From a bacterium (GTDB taxonomy: Bacteria > Desulfobacterota > JAPLJL01): a DNA stretch of 64,000 bases. The stretch is from the NCBI GenBank assembly GCA_028713675.1, contig JAQTNV010000016.1, forward strand, positions 54 through 64,053, read 5' to 3'. Positions 18,198 through 28,900 of the stretch are shown here, in pieces; position 1 is the stretch's first letter, and the number at the start of each line of letters is the position of its first letter. The position numbers and the translations under genes were made by a program. Under the pieces are notes generated by a model that had not been told where the DNA came from, did not search any database, and worked only from the letters and a program-made list of their open reading frames with translations.

Positions 18198-19691
18198 CTA
18201 GCCTATCAGCCCATGGGCAATATCAGAAGCGACGATTTCCGAGCACTCGATCCCGCTCTGGGTAGCGAGTTCGGTTCCGACTCCGCGTCCCCCGGCGCAG
18301 TCCCCGGCGAAATACAATCCCCGGATGGGGGTGCGGATGGAAGGCCGCTTTTTTCCAACCTGGTCGATGGTCTGGGCGGTGGAAATGGCGGGTCCGAACT
18401 CCTTCCCGATCCAGTTGGCGATGAACTTGGTGTCGAAACGGTCGACCCACATGATATGCTTTTTTAGTCCGGGAATCAGCTCATCCAAGGCCTCGACCAT
18501 CTCGTCCATCCATTTTTCCGCCGGTTCCTGGAGTTCCACGTCGGTGGTGGGGCCGGCGGTGCAGGCGGTAATCAACTGTTTCCCGGGAGGGGCAAGCGAA
18601 GGGTCAAAATTGCTGGGCACGGGACCGTAAATCATGGTCACCATCGGAATCTTGCCTTCCATGATTTCCTGGTATCCCTGCTTGACCTCTTCCATGGTGA
18701 CCTGGGTCGGATCAAAGTTCTTGTCCCGGATCCGGGCGCCGAAAATCGCCCCCGGCTCGAAAATTTTCTGGTCCAGGGCGATCTTCACCTGGAAAGCGAT
18801 GATGGATTTCTTCAGCTTGCGCACCTTTTCGCGGTAGGCCTCCGGAAAGTGTTCCTCCCCCACCAGGTGGAAAACGCTGTCCCGGAGCGAAGTGGTGCTG
18901 ACCACCGCCCGGGCGGGGAAAAACTGGCCGCCATCGACTTCCACACCCTGGACCTGCCCGTTTTCCACCCTGATCCTGGTCACCTTGCTCCCGGTCCGGA
19001 GATCCGCGCCCAGTCCTTCGGCCGCCTCGCAGAAAACGGAAGGGATCCGGTGCGCCCCGCCCCGCGGGTAAGAAAGCGTCCGCTCCCCGAACATCCGCTT
19101 GTAGCACCAGATCGCCTCTCCGGCCGAAGCGTCCCAGAAGGGGATCACGAAAAAGAGCCCCAGGAGACCGCCCAGGTAACCGAGCAGGCGCAGGTTTCCG
19201 CCTACATACTTGGCCACGAATTCGTCCACCGGCCGCTCGTTCCATTTTTCGATCTCGGAATCCGGCATCATGACCAGGTCATAGAAAAGTTTGGTCACCG
19301 AGTAAAAATCCTTGAGGGGGATCTTCAGCTCCCGGTAAAGCTCAAGGTAGAATGCGGGGTACCGATAGGCCTCCTTGGGGAGAGTTATGGTATACCCTCC
19401 CCCCGTCATGAGGGCCAGGTCGTGAGTCTGTTTGAACTGGATCCGATTCGGGATCCCCAGGCGCTTCTGGACCTCACCGAACGGGCCCCGGTTCCCGCGG
19501 GTGAACATGTGGGTGCCGATATCAATTTTGAAACCGTCTTTTTCGTAATAGGAGCACGACCCCCCGATCCTTTCATTTTTCTCAAGAATCAGCGTCCTGA
19601 GCCCGGCCTTGGCGAGGAGAGCCCCGCAGGCGCTGCCACCCATCCCGGTCCCGATTACCGCCACATCGTATCCGTTCTTTGGAATTTCCAT
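18198..19691 (-). CDS. Phytoene desaturase-like FAD-dependent oxidoreductase
   Basis: DVAVIGTGMGG, LEKNERIGGSC, YPRGG, TPIRGLYFAGD. Start MEIPK behind AAGGAGG. Confidence 0.85.
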   Translation of the reverse strand: MEIPKNGYDVAVIGTGMGGSACGALLAKAGLRTLILEKNERIGGSCSYYEKDGFKIDIGTHMFTRGNRGPFGEVQKRLGIPNRIQFKQTHDLALMTGGGYTITLPKEAYRYPAFYLELYRELKIPLKDFYSVTKLFYDLVMMPDSEIEKWNERPVDEFVAKYVGGNLRLLGYLGGLLGLFFVIPFWDASAGEAIWCYKRMFGERTLSYPRGGAHRIPSVFCEAAEGLGADLRTGSKVTRIRVENGQVQGVEVDGGQFFPARAVVSTTSLRDSVFHLVGEEHFPEAYREKVRKLKKSIIAFQVKIALDQKIFEPGAIFGARIRDKNFDPTQVTMEEVKQGYQEIMEGKIPMVTMIYGPVPSNFDPSLAPPGKQLITACTAGPTTDVELQEPAEKWMDEMVEALDELIPGLKKHIMWVDRFDTKFIANWIGKEFGPAISTAQTIDQVGKKRPSIRTPIRGLYFAGDCAGGRGVGTELATQSGIECSEIVASDIAHGLIG

Positions 19692-20013
19692 GATTACTGT
19701 CCCCTCCTTGATAAAAAACTTAATTTTAAATATCAAAATCTAAATATAGTATCAAAGTCAAATCATACCAACTCCCGGATACCGCATCCCCCGCCTTTTC
19801 CGGGCGGAGAGGAAGTCGGGGCCGAAATATTATAATGAAGCGCGGGTGTATTTTTCACCCCGGGGGTTATTTATGACCCAGATCCCCGGCCGGCCTTTTT
19901 TCCCCTCTCCGTCGGATATTCCCGATTACAACCTTGCTCATTTCCTGGCACGGGGCTTGCATTCCTCTAAAGCAGAGGCAAATGAAAGCGAAATGAAACG
20001 AAAGGAGAACATC

Positions 20014-20448
20014 ATGGATAAAAGAGAAAATATAACGAATCTGATCCTGCTGATCGGCTTTCTTCTGGCAGTTCTGATCTGGGCGCCGCAGTTCCTGCAT
20101 GCGGAAGTCTTAACGGTTAATTCCTCCGCCGCCACCGTAATCGAAGAAAACGAAAGCGGCGGAATCATCAGTCAGGAAGAAATAACCGGGGATACGGTGA
20201 TAATTGCTGACTTGATCGATGTGGAAGAGCCCGTCGAAAGCGATAATTCGGTCCTTCAGGACAGCATAAATGATCTTGCCGATCCAACCGTTCAAAAACA
20301 AGTGGAAGCAATCGCGGCCGACAATGCCAAATATCTTGATAATCTCCTGGCCCAAGAGGTCAAGACGGATAACTTCGAAACCGTAGCCCGGGCCAATAAT
20401 GAGCCCCTCCCCCAGGAGCTTTATTCCATGAATATGGATCCGCAATAA
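20014..20448 (+). CDS. Hypothetical exported acidic protein
   Basis: AGGAG RBS, ATG at 20014, signal peptide (LILLIGFLLAVLIWAPQFLHA), then D/E-rich sequence. Confidence 0.6.
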   Translation: MDKRENITNLILLIGFLLAVLIWAPQFLHAEVLTVNSSAATVIEENESGGIISQEEITGDTVIIADLIDVEEPVESDNSVLQDSINDLADPTVQKQVEAIAADNAKYLDNLLAQEVKTDNFETVARANNEPLPQELYSMNMDPQ

Positions 20449-20472
20449 ATTCCCTCCCCAATCCCGCAAGAT

Positions 20473-20499
20473 CGCCCCCCTGGGATTACCAGGGGGGCG
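20473..20499. terminator. GC-rich hairpin between convergent genes
   Basis: CGCCCCCCTGG GATTA CCAGGGGGGCG, 11-bp perfect stem; no long U-tract. Confidence 0.5.
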
Positions 20500-20575
20500 C
20501 CCCCACGGCCCGCAACACCAGCGGGCCGCTTCATTTTGAATAATTGAAAGGAATGGGTTGAAGGCCGTCGAAGGA

Positions 20576-21337
20576 TTAAAATCCCGGGAGGTGCTTCATC
20601 ATAAAGTCGGCCAGGAGATCCTCATCCGACTTGGCCGCGGCCTGGGCTTTCTTGGCCTCCTCCGGCTTGTCGGCCGCGGCGGCCGCATTCGCGGCGGCCA
20701 TAGCCGAGGCAGGCACCCCGATGAAACCGGACTCAATCTCGTAAACGACATCATTATAAATAGCCGAGTTATGGTAGGCATCCACGCCCATTTCCTTCAC
20801 TTCCTTCTCGGTCTTGACCTTGCCCACCAGGTCAAACTTATCTTCGCCCTCGGTCTCCTGCTTGAGAAAACGAAAAGCCGGGACCACTTCGTAAACCCGC
20901 TCCAGGCCGTCGGGGCCGGCGATCGCGATCCGATTTCCGTCAATCTTGATCTTGTCCTCGTCATTCAGGGAATCCAAAACCTTCTGAGTAAAAAACACCT
21001 TGTTGGATATGCCCTTGGACCCTTCCATCTTGGCTCCCGAGGTTTTGGTATTGACCAGATTGCTTCCGCTCAAGTCCGCGTGGGTCAGGTCCGCTTCCCT
21101 AAGATCGGCTTCCGAGAGATTGACCCCCAGCATCAGGGCGTGCCGGAGATTCGCGTCCCGGAGGTCGGCTTTGGAAAGGTCGGCGCCGCTCAGATTCGCG
21201 TACCTTAGCTGCGCTCCCTTGAGATTTGCACCGGGAAGTTCGGCTTTCTGGAGGTCGATTCCCCGGAGATCAAAACCCGACAGGTCCTCTCCCCGCTGAA
21301 CCTTGTCCAGAACTTCCTCACGACTTAGCTTCTTCAA
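20576..21337 (-). CDS. Pentapeptide-repeat protein fused to an uncharacterised C-terminal domain
   Basis: A(D/N)Lxx repeats (ANLSGADLSKADLRDANLRHA...); C-terminal DLVGKVKT and SDEDLLADF. TTG start. Confidence 0.85.
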   Translation of the reverse strand: MKKLSREEVLDKVQRGEDLSGFDLRGIDLQKAELPGANLKGAQLRYANLSGADLSKADLRDANLRHALMLGVNLSEADLREADLTHADLSGSNLVNTKTSGAKMEGSKGISNKVFFTQKVLDSLNDEDKIKIDGNRIAIAGPDGLERVYEVVPAFRFLKQETEGEDKFDLVGKVKTEKEVKEMGVDAYHNSAIYNDVVYEIESGFIGVPASAMAAANAAAAADKPEEAKKAQAAAKSDEDLLADFMMKHLPGF

Positions 21338-21377
21338 TTTTCAATCTTTATTCGCGGGTAACAGGGGGATCCCGGGA

Positions 21378-21749
21378 TCAAAAGGTTATTCCCTTCTGCT
21401 CGGCTTCATGGGCGATGAAATCCTCGATCCTTTTCTTTTCCCGATGATCCAGGTTGCGAAATTGGATTCCCATGCCCGGGATCAGGTTGCTCTTGGATTT
21501 TTTATCGTACTCGCTCACCCAAACCACCTCCCCCTCGATATTCAGGGGAACCTCGGCGTCCGGAAAGCCGACCTTCAGGGCGATCCGGGTTCCCAGGGGA
21601 AGCGGGTTGCGGGTGGAGATAAACAACCCGCCCTGGCTGATGTTCATCGAATAATCCGAGATGAAGCCTTCCAGGCTCTGGTAGCGGACATCCAACTGGA
21701 TCGGAAGTCTTTTTTCCAGACGTTTATCCGACTCCGGATCTTTCGCCAT
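21378..21749 (-). CDS. PilZ-domain protein (TIGR02266-like)
   Basis: RLEKRLP (RxxxR), NISQGGLFI (D/NxSxxG), GEVVW, GMGIQF. Confidence 0.9.
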   Translation of the reverse strand: MAKDPESDKRLEKRLPIQLDVRYQSLEGFISDYSMNISQGGLFISTRNPLPLGTRIALKVGFPDAEVPLNIEGEVVWVSEYDKKSKSNLIPGMGIQFRNLDHREKKRIEDFIAHEAEQKGITF

Positions 21750-21935
21750 TTACGTCCTCCTGGTTAGTTCTTATCGAAAGTCAATCTACCCCGGATACGA
21801 ACTCTTTGTCAATTTCTAATTCTTGACAAAAACATGGTTTTTCCCTTCGGAAAAACCATGTTTTCTGTCTGGATAAATCCGGGAAATGCGGTTATTAATC
21901 TGTCTAATATTTGATATTTTATGGAGTGCAATAGC

Positions 21936-21957
21936 CTTGTCCTCGAGCAAAGCGAAG
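21936..21957 (-). mobile_element. 22-bp CTTCG...GGACAAG micro-element (variant)
   Basis: Minus strand tc[cttcgctttgctcgaggacaag]gc, lying between the inverted arms gcaatagc/gctattgc. Confidence 0.5.
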
Positions 21958-21971
21958 GATTGCTATTGCAT

Positions 21972-22005
21972 TGCATCCCGCCCTGGCGGGATGCAGTTCC
22001 TCTAC
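21972..22005 (-). repeat. GTAG-type REP hairpin overlapping the C25 gene stop codon
   Basis: TGCATCCCGCC CT GGCGGGATGCA perfect 11-bp stem; the minus-strand GTAG contains the TAG stop. Confidence 0.7.
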
Positions 22006-25000
22006 TCAAGTCTGGCCGAAGGGTCTCCGAACAGATGATAGCTTCTGAGAATATCAGGCGACCCTCCACCCTGGACCTGGCTGATTTTCGCCTTCAGGAA
22101 ACTGGAGCCCAAAGTCTCGCCGTCAACCAGTGAGTGCAGGAAAACATTATTCAATTGAATCTGCTGTTCGGGATAAGTGAACCCGGAAGAGAACAGGCCG
22201 GCATAGGCCCCTCCGTTCGGAAGGCGGACCAGCTCCTCGCCCAGGGACTCAAGGTAAGGCACGTCAAAATATCCGCCCAGACAACTCAAGGCAACGGCCA
22301 GGAAGGTCTTCCCGTTCCCCGCGAGAGACGAGACATCAGCAACCCCGAAAATATCCTCCTGGGCATACTTATCGATGGCGGAATGGCCCGCATATTCAAA
22401 GATCCCCCGCCCTTCCAGGAGGGAGTTCAGAATCATCTGCCGGGTCGCCTCCAGGCCCAGGCTCCCCAGATAGGCCCGGGTGATATCGAAGCCCGGAGTC
22501 AGAATCGCCGCCGCCGCTTCCATTCCCTGCTCAAAAATCGGGTCATCGTTGTCCGCGGAAACCAGCACCTTTTCCCCGGCAAGTGTCCTGCCCTTCAGGG
22601 CCAGAATCTTCGCCACCATCGTCTGTACCTCGGCCGGGGTCCGGGCCGGCAGGCGGCCGATGGCCAGGTCGGGAATCTCGTCCGTTCCGTCCACGCAGGC
22701 ATACCAGTTGTCGGAAGGAGCGGTAAGTTCCAGGTAATCGTTGGTCACCTGCGGGGCCGGGATAAATCCGGTGTTCCCGGTGCCCATGTAATCCTTGAAA
22801 TCGTAGCTCGCGTCCCCGACCAGAAGCACATAAGCCGGGGCCGGGGAAACCCACTGATGATAGGTGAAGCCGATGAAATCCCTGATGGCCTGGGGATCGG
22901 CCTGGCCGTAATTAAACTCGTCGTAAATGTCCTGCACGTCCACCAAACTGACCCGCAGGCCCTCCTCAGCCCGGGCCGAAGCCAGGGGAGCCAGATCATT
23001 ACGGAAAGCGCTGGGACTGATGATAATCAAATCCGCCTCGTTACTCGGGTCCTTGAGCATGGAGGACTGGTCCCTCAAGAGGAAGGTCTGAGCGGTCAGC
23101 GCTCCTGCCGTCAGGACCATATATTCACCGGTCGCAGCCCGGAATTTCACCTGGTACCCGGATTCCTGCTGCGTAATGTTCAGGTCAATCACCCGGGCCT
23201 GGTCCGTCCTGGCCCCCAGCCGGTAAACCATAATATCGCCGCCGGGGAACCCGGGGATTTCCACGTTCGCGTCCGTAGGTACCTGGAACCTGACTTTCCC
23301 GGAACTTCCCGAAAGCGACCGCAGGTAGCTGACCTCGATGCTGTTCAGCAAAATCACGTTGTTGACCGCCCCGGTATCCCCGACCAGGGTCAGGGTCAGG
23401 GTATTTCCGGACGCGTTCATAACGCCGGCCGGGATGGAGAAGGATGCCGAAATCTCGCCCCGGCCTCCCCAGGAAATCTCCCCGATCACAACCCGGTTCA
23501 GGACCACCCGGAGGTGATTTTCATTCTCGATCGCGGGATCTTCCAGGAGACCGATCACGGACAGATTAATACTGCCTTCCGCGCCCGCTGCCGGATCGGG
23601 AATTTCCAAGGCGAAATCCTTGGGCTGATCGGAAACCAGGTAATCCCAATACCAATGATCGACCGGATCGCCGCCGGGCATGTTCGCGAAGTAATTCTTA
23701 TTCTGCTCCAGGAGCTGAACCTGGGTAACCTTGCTCAGGCCAGGCAGGCCCGATTCGGGAGAACCGGAAACCCTGGGCAGGGAGGAACCCATCCGGAGGT
23801 CGGGAACAATCCAATAAACCGAGGTCCGGGTGTATTTGCTGTCGGGTTTCCGCCCCACGAAACGCAGTTCGAGATTATTATCCTTGGCGCCCGCCAGCCA
23901 TTGCAGGAATCTTTTCTGCACATCCCGGGAATCGGACACACCTGCCCCGGCTACGGCCAATTCAACCGGGATCTCCTCGCCCTGGTAAAACACCCGGAGG
24001 CCCCTGGTCCGAAGTCCGAGGCTGCTCAGATTATTGAGAGGAACGCGGCAGATTCCGTCTTTGTCAATTCCCAACTTCACGGCCTGGCCGGAAAGGGTAA
24101 TCAATTTCCACTGTTCGTCCGCTTCCAGATACTTCAACCACTGCCCAAACGGGAGGGAATGCCTCGCGCCCAATCCCTGGGATAACCTTCCTAAACCTCT
24201 GAAGATGCCGCTTAAAAGGTCAGAATCCAGAAGCGGATCGGTTGCGCGGCATTCCCCGAGGTTCAGCTTGATTTCGATGGTTTCGGATACCTGGTATGTC
24301 CCAACTCCGGCACCGGGTTGGACCGGGTTAACCTTGAGGACCGCGATCCTCTGCCCCCGGAGGTAACCGGCTTCAGCGATTTGAACCAGCGGCGCGTTAA
24401 GCCGATTGGCACTGGTGGATGACATCCGGCTCAAGCCCAAGGGGTCCAGGTTTTTCTGGGCGTTGTTCCACTCGCGGTTCTGCTGCCGGAAAATTTGGCC
24501 CACGTCGGCGGATACCTGCCGGATATCGGTGGAACGAACCTGTCCCAGGCTCACGTTTTCGCAATCGGGAATCGCGACCACCCGTTCGAAAGGTATGGCC
24601 TGCCACTGGGATGGATTACCGGCCAGGCCGGGGAACTGGAGAAGAATCACGTTCCCGTTTTGAGTGTTCTTTCCTCCCCCGTTCGCCGGCGGCGGATTCA
24701 CCGGGTTAAGATTGCCGTTCGCGGGCGGATTGTGATCCTGATTACCGCCGGTGTCGGAATTCTGATTCTGGCTTCTGCCGCTGATATTTTCAGACAAATT
24801 CGGATTGTTATTGTCCGCCGGCAACAAATTTTCCGGAGAAGAAATTATTCCGGAAGCGGAAAGCGCAACGGCGGAAACCGGCCCGTGCGACTTGGTCTTC
24901 CCGTCAAACTCGACATCCTCAAGGAGGTAGTAATAGGTCGTTCCCGGCTCCACATCGTAATCGGTGTAATCGTAGTTCGACCCGAGGGCCGAAGTACCCA

Positions 25001-25919
25001 ACCCAGCGATCAGATATTTATTTATTTGAACATAGCCATCGTAGGGGCGGGGCTGGTCCCCGCCCGAACTGACGGTTGACCGGTAAAGGTTGAAGCCCAA
25101 ATTCCGGATCTCGGTTCCCGTGGCCCAGTTGAGCTTTATCCCTCCGACGGTCCCGGTAGCGTTGAATGAAATCAACTCGACGGCGGTAGGATTGGGTTTC
25201 ACGCCTTGGGAATTGCCGGAAAGAAAAGCGGTTGAATAGGTGGAAAAAGTATCCGTGTAAATTATTTTCAACGCGAAATAATAAATATCGGTATTGTTCG
25301 GCGTCGTAACAGTATAAGTAGTGCCGGTGATCAAACTCGCATTTGCCTTAGTCCAGGTATCGGCATCGGTGGGCAGATAACTTGTGCTCGTTGTCTGGTA
25401 GTAGTAAACGTCATACCCGGCAATCACATTGGTAGTCCCGGCATACTGCGCCGCAGCCCAGGATAAATCAACCTGACTGGATCTGACTGCAATTATCTGT
25501 GGAACTGGAATCGTTTGGAGCGTCGCCTCCGGGAAGAAGGTAATCCCTCCATCATCCCGGATCACGTCGCTGGTCACCGCATAATATCCGGTATGGGACG
25601 AACCTCCGCCACCTGACTGGTAATCTATCTTGGTTACGAATGTTTCTCCTAAAATATAAGTATCAATATTACCGGCGTCGGAATACCAAATATCAGAGGA
25701 AACATTACCGGAAAAAGGCAGGTCATCGTTATCATTGAATTTCCAGGTGGTAAAGGCAGTGCTTGAGCCTCCCGTGTTGGAAGCAACATGCCCGGACACC
25801 GCCCAGGAAGCTCCTGGCGGGGCCGCCTTTACAAATGAAGGGAACCCAGCAAGCAATAAAATCCCGCAAGATACACTGATAATATGCCTGAACTTATTCA
25901 TGATGTTAAATTTTAGCAT
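22002..25919 (-). CDS. Secreted C25 family (gingipain-like) cysteine peptidase with N-terminal FN3-like domains
   Basis: Signal peptide; PTAVELISF...GFNLYRS module; ADLIIISP, YVLLVGDASYD, SDNWY, LAIGRLP, YAGHS (His), LSCLGG (Cys), LFGDP. Confidence 0.9.
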   Translation of the reverse strand: MLKFNIMNKFRHIISVSCGILLLAGFPSFVKAAPPGASWAVSGHVASNTGGSSTAFTTWKFNDNDDLPFSGNVSSDIWYSDAGNIDTYILGETFVTKIDYQSGGGGSSHTGYYAVTSDVIRDDGGITFFPEATLQTIPVPQIIAVRSSQVDLSWAAAQYAGTTNVIAGYDVYYYQTTSTSYLPTDADTWTKANASLITGTTYTVTTPNNTDIYYFALKIIYTDTFSTYSTAFLSGNSQGVKPNPTAVELISFNATGTVGGIKLNWATGTEIRNLGFNLYRSTVSSGGDQPRPYDGYVQINKYLIAGLGTSALGSNYDYTDYDVEPGTTYYYLLEDVEFDGKTKSHGPVSAVALSASGIISSPENLLPADNNNPNLSENISGRSQNQNSDTGGNQDHNPPANGNLNPVNPPPANGGGKNTQNGNVILLQFPGLAGNPSQWQAIPFERVVAIPDCENVSLGQVRSTDIRQVSADVGQIFRQQNREWNNAQKNLDPLGLSRMSSTSANRLNAPLVQIAEAGYLRGQRIAVLKVNPVQPGAGVGTYQVSETIEIKLNLGECRATDPLLDSDLLSGIFRGLGRLSQGLGARHSLPFGQWLKYLEADEQWKLITLSGQAVKLGIDKDGICRVPLNNLSSLGLRTRGLRVFYQGEEIPVELAVAGAGVSDSRDVQKRFLQWLAGAKDNNLELRFVGRKPDSKYTRTSVYWIVPDLRMGSSLPRVSGSPESGLPGLSKVTQVQLLEQNKNYFANMPGGDPVDHWYWDYLVSDQPKDFALEIPDPAAGAEGSINLSVIGLLEDPAIENENHLRVVLNRVVIGEISWGGRGEISASFSIPAGVMNASGNTLTLTLVGDTGAVNNVILLNSIEVSYLRSLSGSSGKVRFQVPTDANVEIPGFPGGDIMVYRLGARTDQARVIDLNITQQESGYQVKFRAATGEYMVLTAGALTAQTFLLRDQSSMLKDPSNEADLIIISPSAFRNDLAPLASARAEEGLRVSLVDVQDIYDEFNYGQADPQAIRDFIGFTYHQWVSPAPAYVLLVGDASYDFKDYMGTGNTGFIPAPQVTNDYLELTAPSDNWYACVDGTDEIPDLAIGRLPARTPAEVQTMVAKILALKGRTLAGEKVLVSADNDDPIFEQGMEAAAAILTPGFDITRAYLGSLGLEATRQMILNSLLEGRGIFEYAGHSAIDKYAQEDIFGVADVSSLAGNGKTFLAVALSCLGGYFDVPYLESLGEELVRLPNGGAYAGLFSSGFTYPEQQIQLNNVFLHSLVDGETLGSSFLKAKISQVQGGGSPDILRSYHLFGDPSARLE
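25041..25065 (+). repeat. GTAG REP hairpin inside the C25 coding sequence
   Basis: GTAG GGGCGGGG CTGGT CCCCGCCC; read as GGDQPRPY on the minus strand. Confidence 0.7.
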
Positions 25920-25925
25920 AACCTT

Positions 25926-28900
25926 TTAATAATGAGTTGGCTGCCAGGTACTATTCCCGGTTATTCTAACGTAATAACCCATGCCCGGGGTTAAGGCGAA
26001 ATTTTCCCCGATCCAGAATGGCGTGAATGGAACTTTGGTCCCGCTGTGATAACAACCTCCGATGCCGCAATTCCCACCCGGATCCAAGTAACCGACGCTC
26101 GCGCAATTAGGTACGCTGGAGCATAAAGTCTTTGCGTCCGCATAATTGTGGTGGAAAGGCAAAGAGAAATAATTATTATTGGTTTTTCCGCTATAGAACG
26201 TCTTGGATATCATGGTGATTTGATTATGAGATCCTACTAAAACCATATTTGAGTTCGCGGTAATCCGAACATAATATCCTTGGCTCGGATCAATTGTGAA
26301 ATTCTCCCCTATCCAAAAAGGCGAGAATGGAACCTTGGTCCCGCTATGATAGCATCCTCCCACTCCGCAATTCCCGCCCGGATCCGAGTAACCGATGCTT
26401 GCGCAATTAGGAATATCCGCGCAGAGGCTTTTGGCATCAGTGTAATTATGGAAATATGGAATTGTCACCCAGTTATTGTCTGTTTTACCGGCATAATAAG
26501 TTAAAGCCCTGTTAAGCTTGAATCCCATATTGGAATCCATTGACTCCAGACCCCAGATATTCACCGAAGTGATCAAATAATAATAGTTTTTATTCGTATC
26601 CTGAATTACCCAGGGATCGATATATTCGGCACTGGGTGATGTTCCGATAAGATTGCTAAAGCCGACTTTGTCTGGAACGAAATTCGGGGTTTCGCCACGG
26701 TAAACTCGGTAATAATTAATAGTGGTAGGATCACCATCCACCGTTTGAGTTACCGCTGTCCAATAAAGACGCAGGTCAGTCCCAGATTTATTCGCTTTCA
26801 AATCCGAAATCGCCTTCGGGGGGCTGGAAGGATAGAAACTGATAATAGTGCTTCCCGAAGCGCTCCCGCCGTAGGCGATGTCGTCGGCGCTGATACTGGC
26901 AATACCGTCGATGATGGCGGACTGAACGACAAATGAAATCATTCCCCCGCTCGTGCTGGCTTGGATTCCAGGTGTTAATGCATCCATATCGGAGGAAATA
27001 ATTATTCCCCAGCTGGTTGCAATCGTGATGTAAGTACCATCCGGAACGGTATTGCCGTATGCGTCCTTAATCACATCGCTGGTGACCGTGCTGGTGCTGG
27101 CTCCGTCCGCGGGAATAGCGCCCGGATTGGGAAGAAGGGTTATCGTCCCGGCGGGCGGGCCCGGGGTTAAGGCTACCGTCGTGCTTCCCGAAGCTGTCCC
27201 TCCGTAAGCGCTGTTGTTGGCGCCGAGATGGGCGGTACCGGCTAATGTCCCGGCCCGGAGAACAAACGTAATAATCCCTCCTGAAGTAGCAACTTCCTGC
27301 GTCCCCGGCGTCGCCGGATCAGCATCAGCGGTGGTTATCGTCCCCAGGTCCGTCGAGACAGTTATATATTCCCCATTCAGGACCTGGTTGCCGTAAGCGT
27401 CGTGGATTATCCCGCTGGTAATGGTGCTGGTATCGCTCCCGTTGGCCGTGATCGTTGCTGGGACCGGGGTAAGAGTAATAGGCCCCGTCGGGATATTGGA
27501 AAGGACCTGAACCGCGTCGGAGACCGAACGAGTCTGATTGTTGGTTCCCCCATCGGTCAGATAAAGTGTCGGAAAATAGGAACCCAGGGTGAAGCTTCCG
27601 CTCACCGCCTGGGAGTTGAAAATCAGATGCTGCGTGGCGCCAGCCGGGATGGAAACCAAAGAGTTAAGATCGGCGGTGTAAGTCCTCGTTCCATCGGTGA
27701 AGGTGAAATAAGATCCGGTAGCCAGGCTTACCCCCTGCCCTCCCATATTTATCACGTCGAGCCCGAAGGAAACCGGGTCTCCCGCGCGGGCGGAGGTTGG
27801 CGACAGAGTGCTTCCAATATAAAGAAGGTTTGACCCCACGTAACCGGTGAAATAAAGGACCTGGGCAGCCGTGGCTCCCAAATAAGAAGCGGTAACAACG
27901 GATTGGGTATTCACGGAGGAAACCGGAGCGGTCAAGGTCACCCTGGCCACCCCGGAACCGTCGGTCACCGCCGTCCCGGAGGAAAGTGTGCCGGAGGTCG
28001 CGGTAAAGCTGACTGTCTGGCCGGAAAGCGGTGTTCCTCCGGAGGTCAACAGCGCGTCAACCGCATAAACGCTGGAACCATCCGCGGGAAGCGGTCCGGC
28101 CGGGATGTTGGAAAGCGAAACTTCATATAGAGTCACCAGGACTTTATCCGACGCCGTCCCCAGGTAATTATTACCCTGCCTGAATACCGCTTGGATAACA
28201 TATTCGGTGTTTTCCGGGCGGGCCGGGACTGCGGAGCAAACAACGCTGAAGGTCGCCGAGCCGCCAACCGGGAGGTTGGCTCCAGTTCCGCCCGCCGAGG
28301 CCGCGCGGAAAGTCAGGTTGTTTCCTTGGATGGTAAGGGCCCAGTTCCCCAGCGGGGCACCCGGACCGGTCGCACTGACAACAGTAAAACCGGTCGGGAC
28401 GATAAACCACATCCGGTCAACCGGGGTTGAACCGTTGTTAGCCACGGTTAAATTAAGCGTCCAATTCGGGGGAACGCTGCCTGACGCCACGGTGTCCGGG
28501 TTTAATATCAGGTAATACGGAACCAGCTGGCCGGACTGCGAAACGGCTGTATTAGTGGTAGTCGGCCCATTGGCCGTAGCATCACCCTGGAATTGGTAAG
28601 TATCCCCGCCAACGCCGTTTACTTGATAAATCCAGGTAAATGTTCCGGAACCTCCGGGAGGAAGACTGGCAATGGACTCCGGAGATGGACCTGACTGCAA
28701 TGTCTTGCTGGCAGTTCCAAGAAAGGTCAAAGCCGAAGGAACAATATTTCCAAGAGAAATTGTGCCGTTATTGGTCACGCGCATGGAAACAGTCACGTTA
28801 TAACCCGAACCGATGCTGACCGGGTCGAGAGCAAGTTCGGCGGTGAAATTCCCGATTACGATAGTATTGGATGAAGTTTGATTGGAGGAAACCATCCCGT

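Noticed and set aside
22134-24185. 683-aa plus-strand ORF and other long antisense ORFs (e.g. 38165-39388, 18849-19835, 50109-51101, 4229-5053)
   Set aside because: Shadow frames of well-supported GC-rich genes on the opposite strand, with no recognisable motifs.
25960-26520. Two similar C-terminal repeats in the adhesin as a DGR template/variable region pair (given the Avd-like gene in the window)
   Set aside because: Both copies are in frame in one ORF, the mismatches are not restricted to adenines, and no reverse transcriptase is present in the window.
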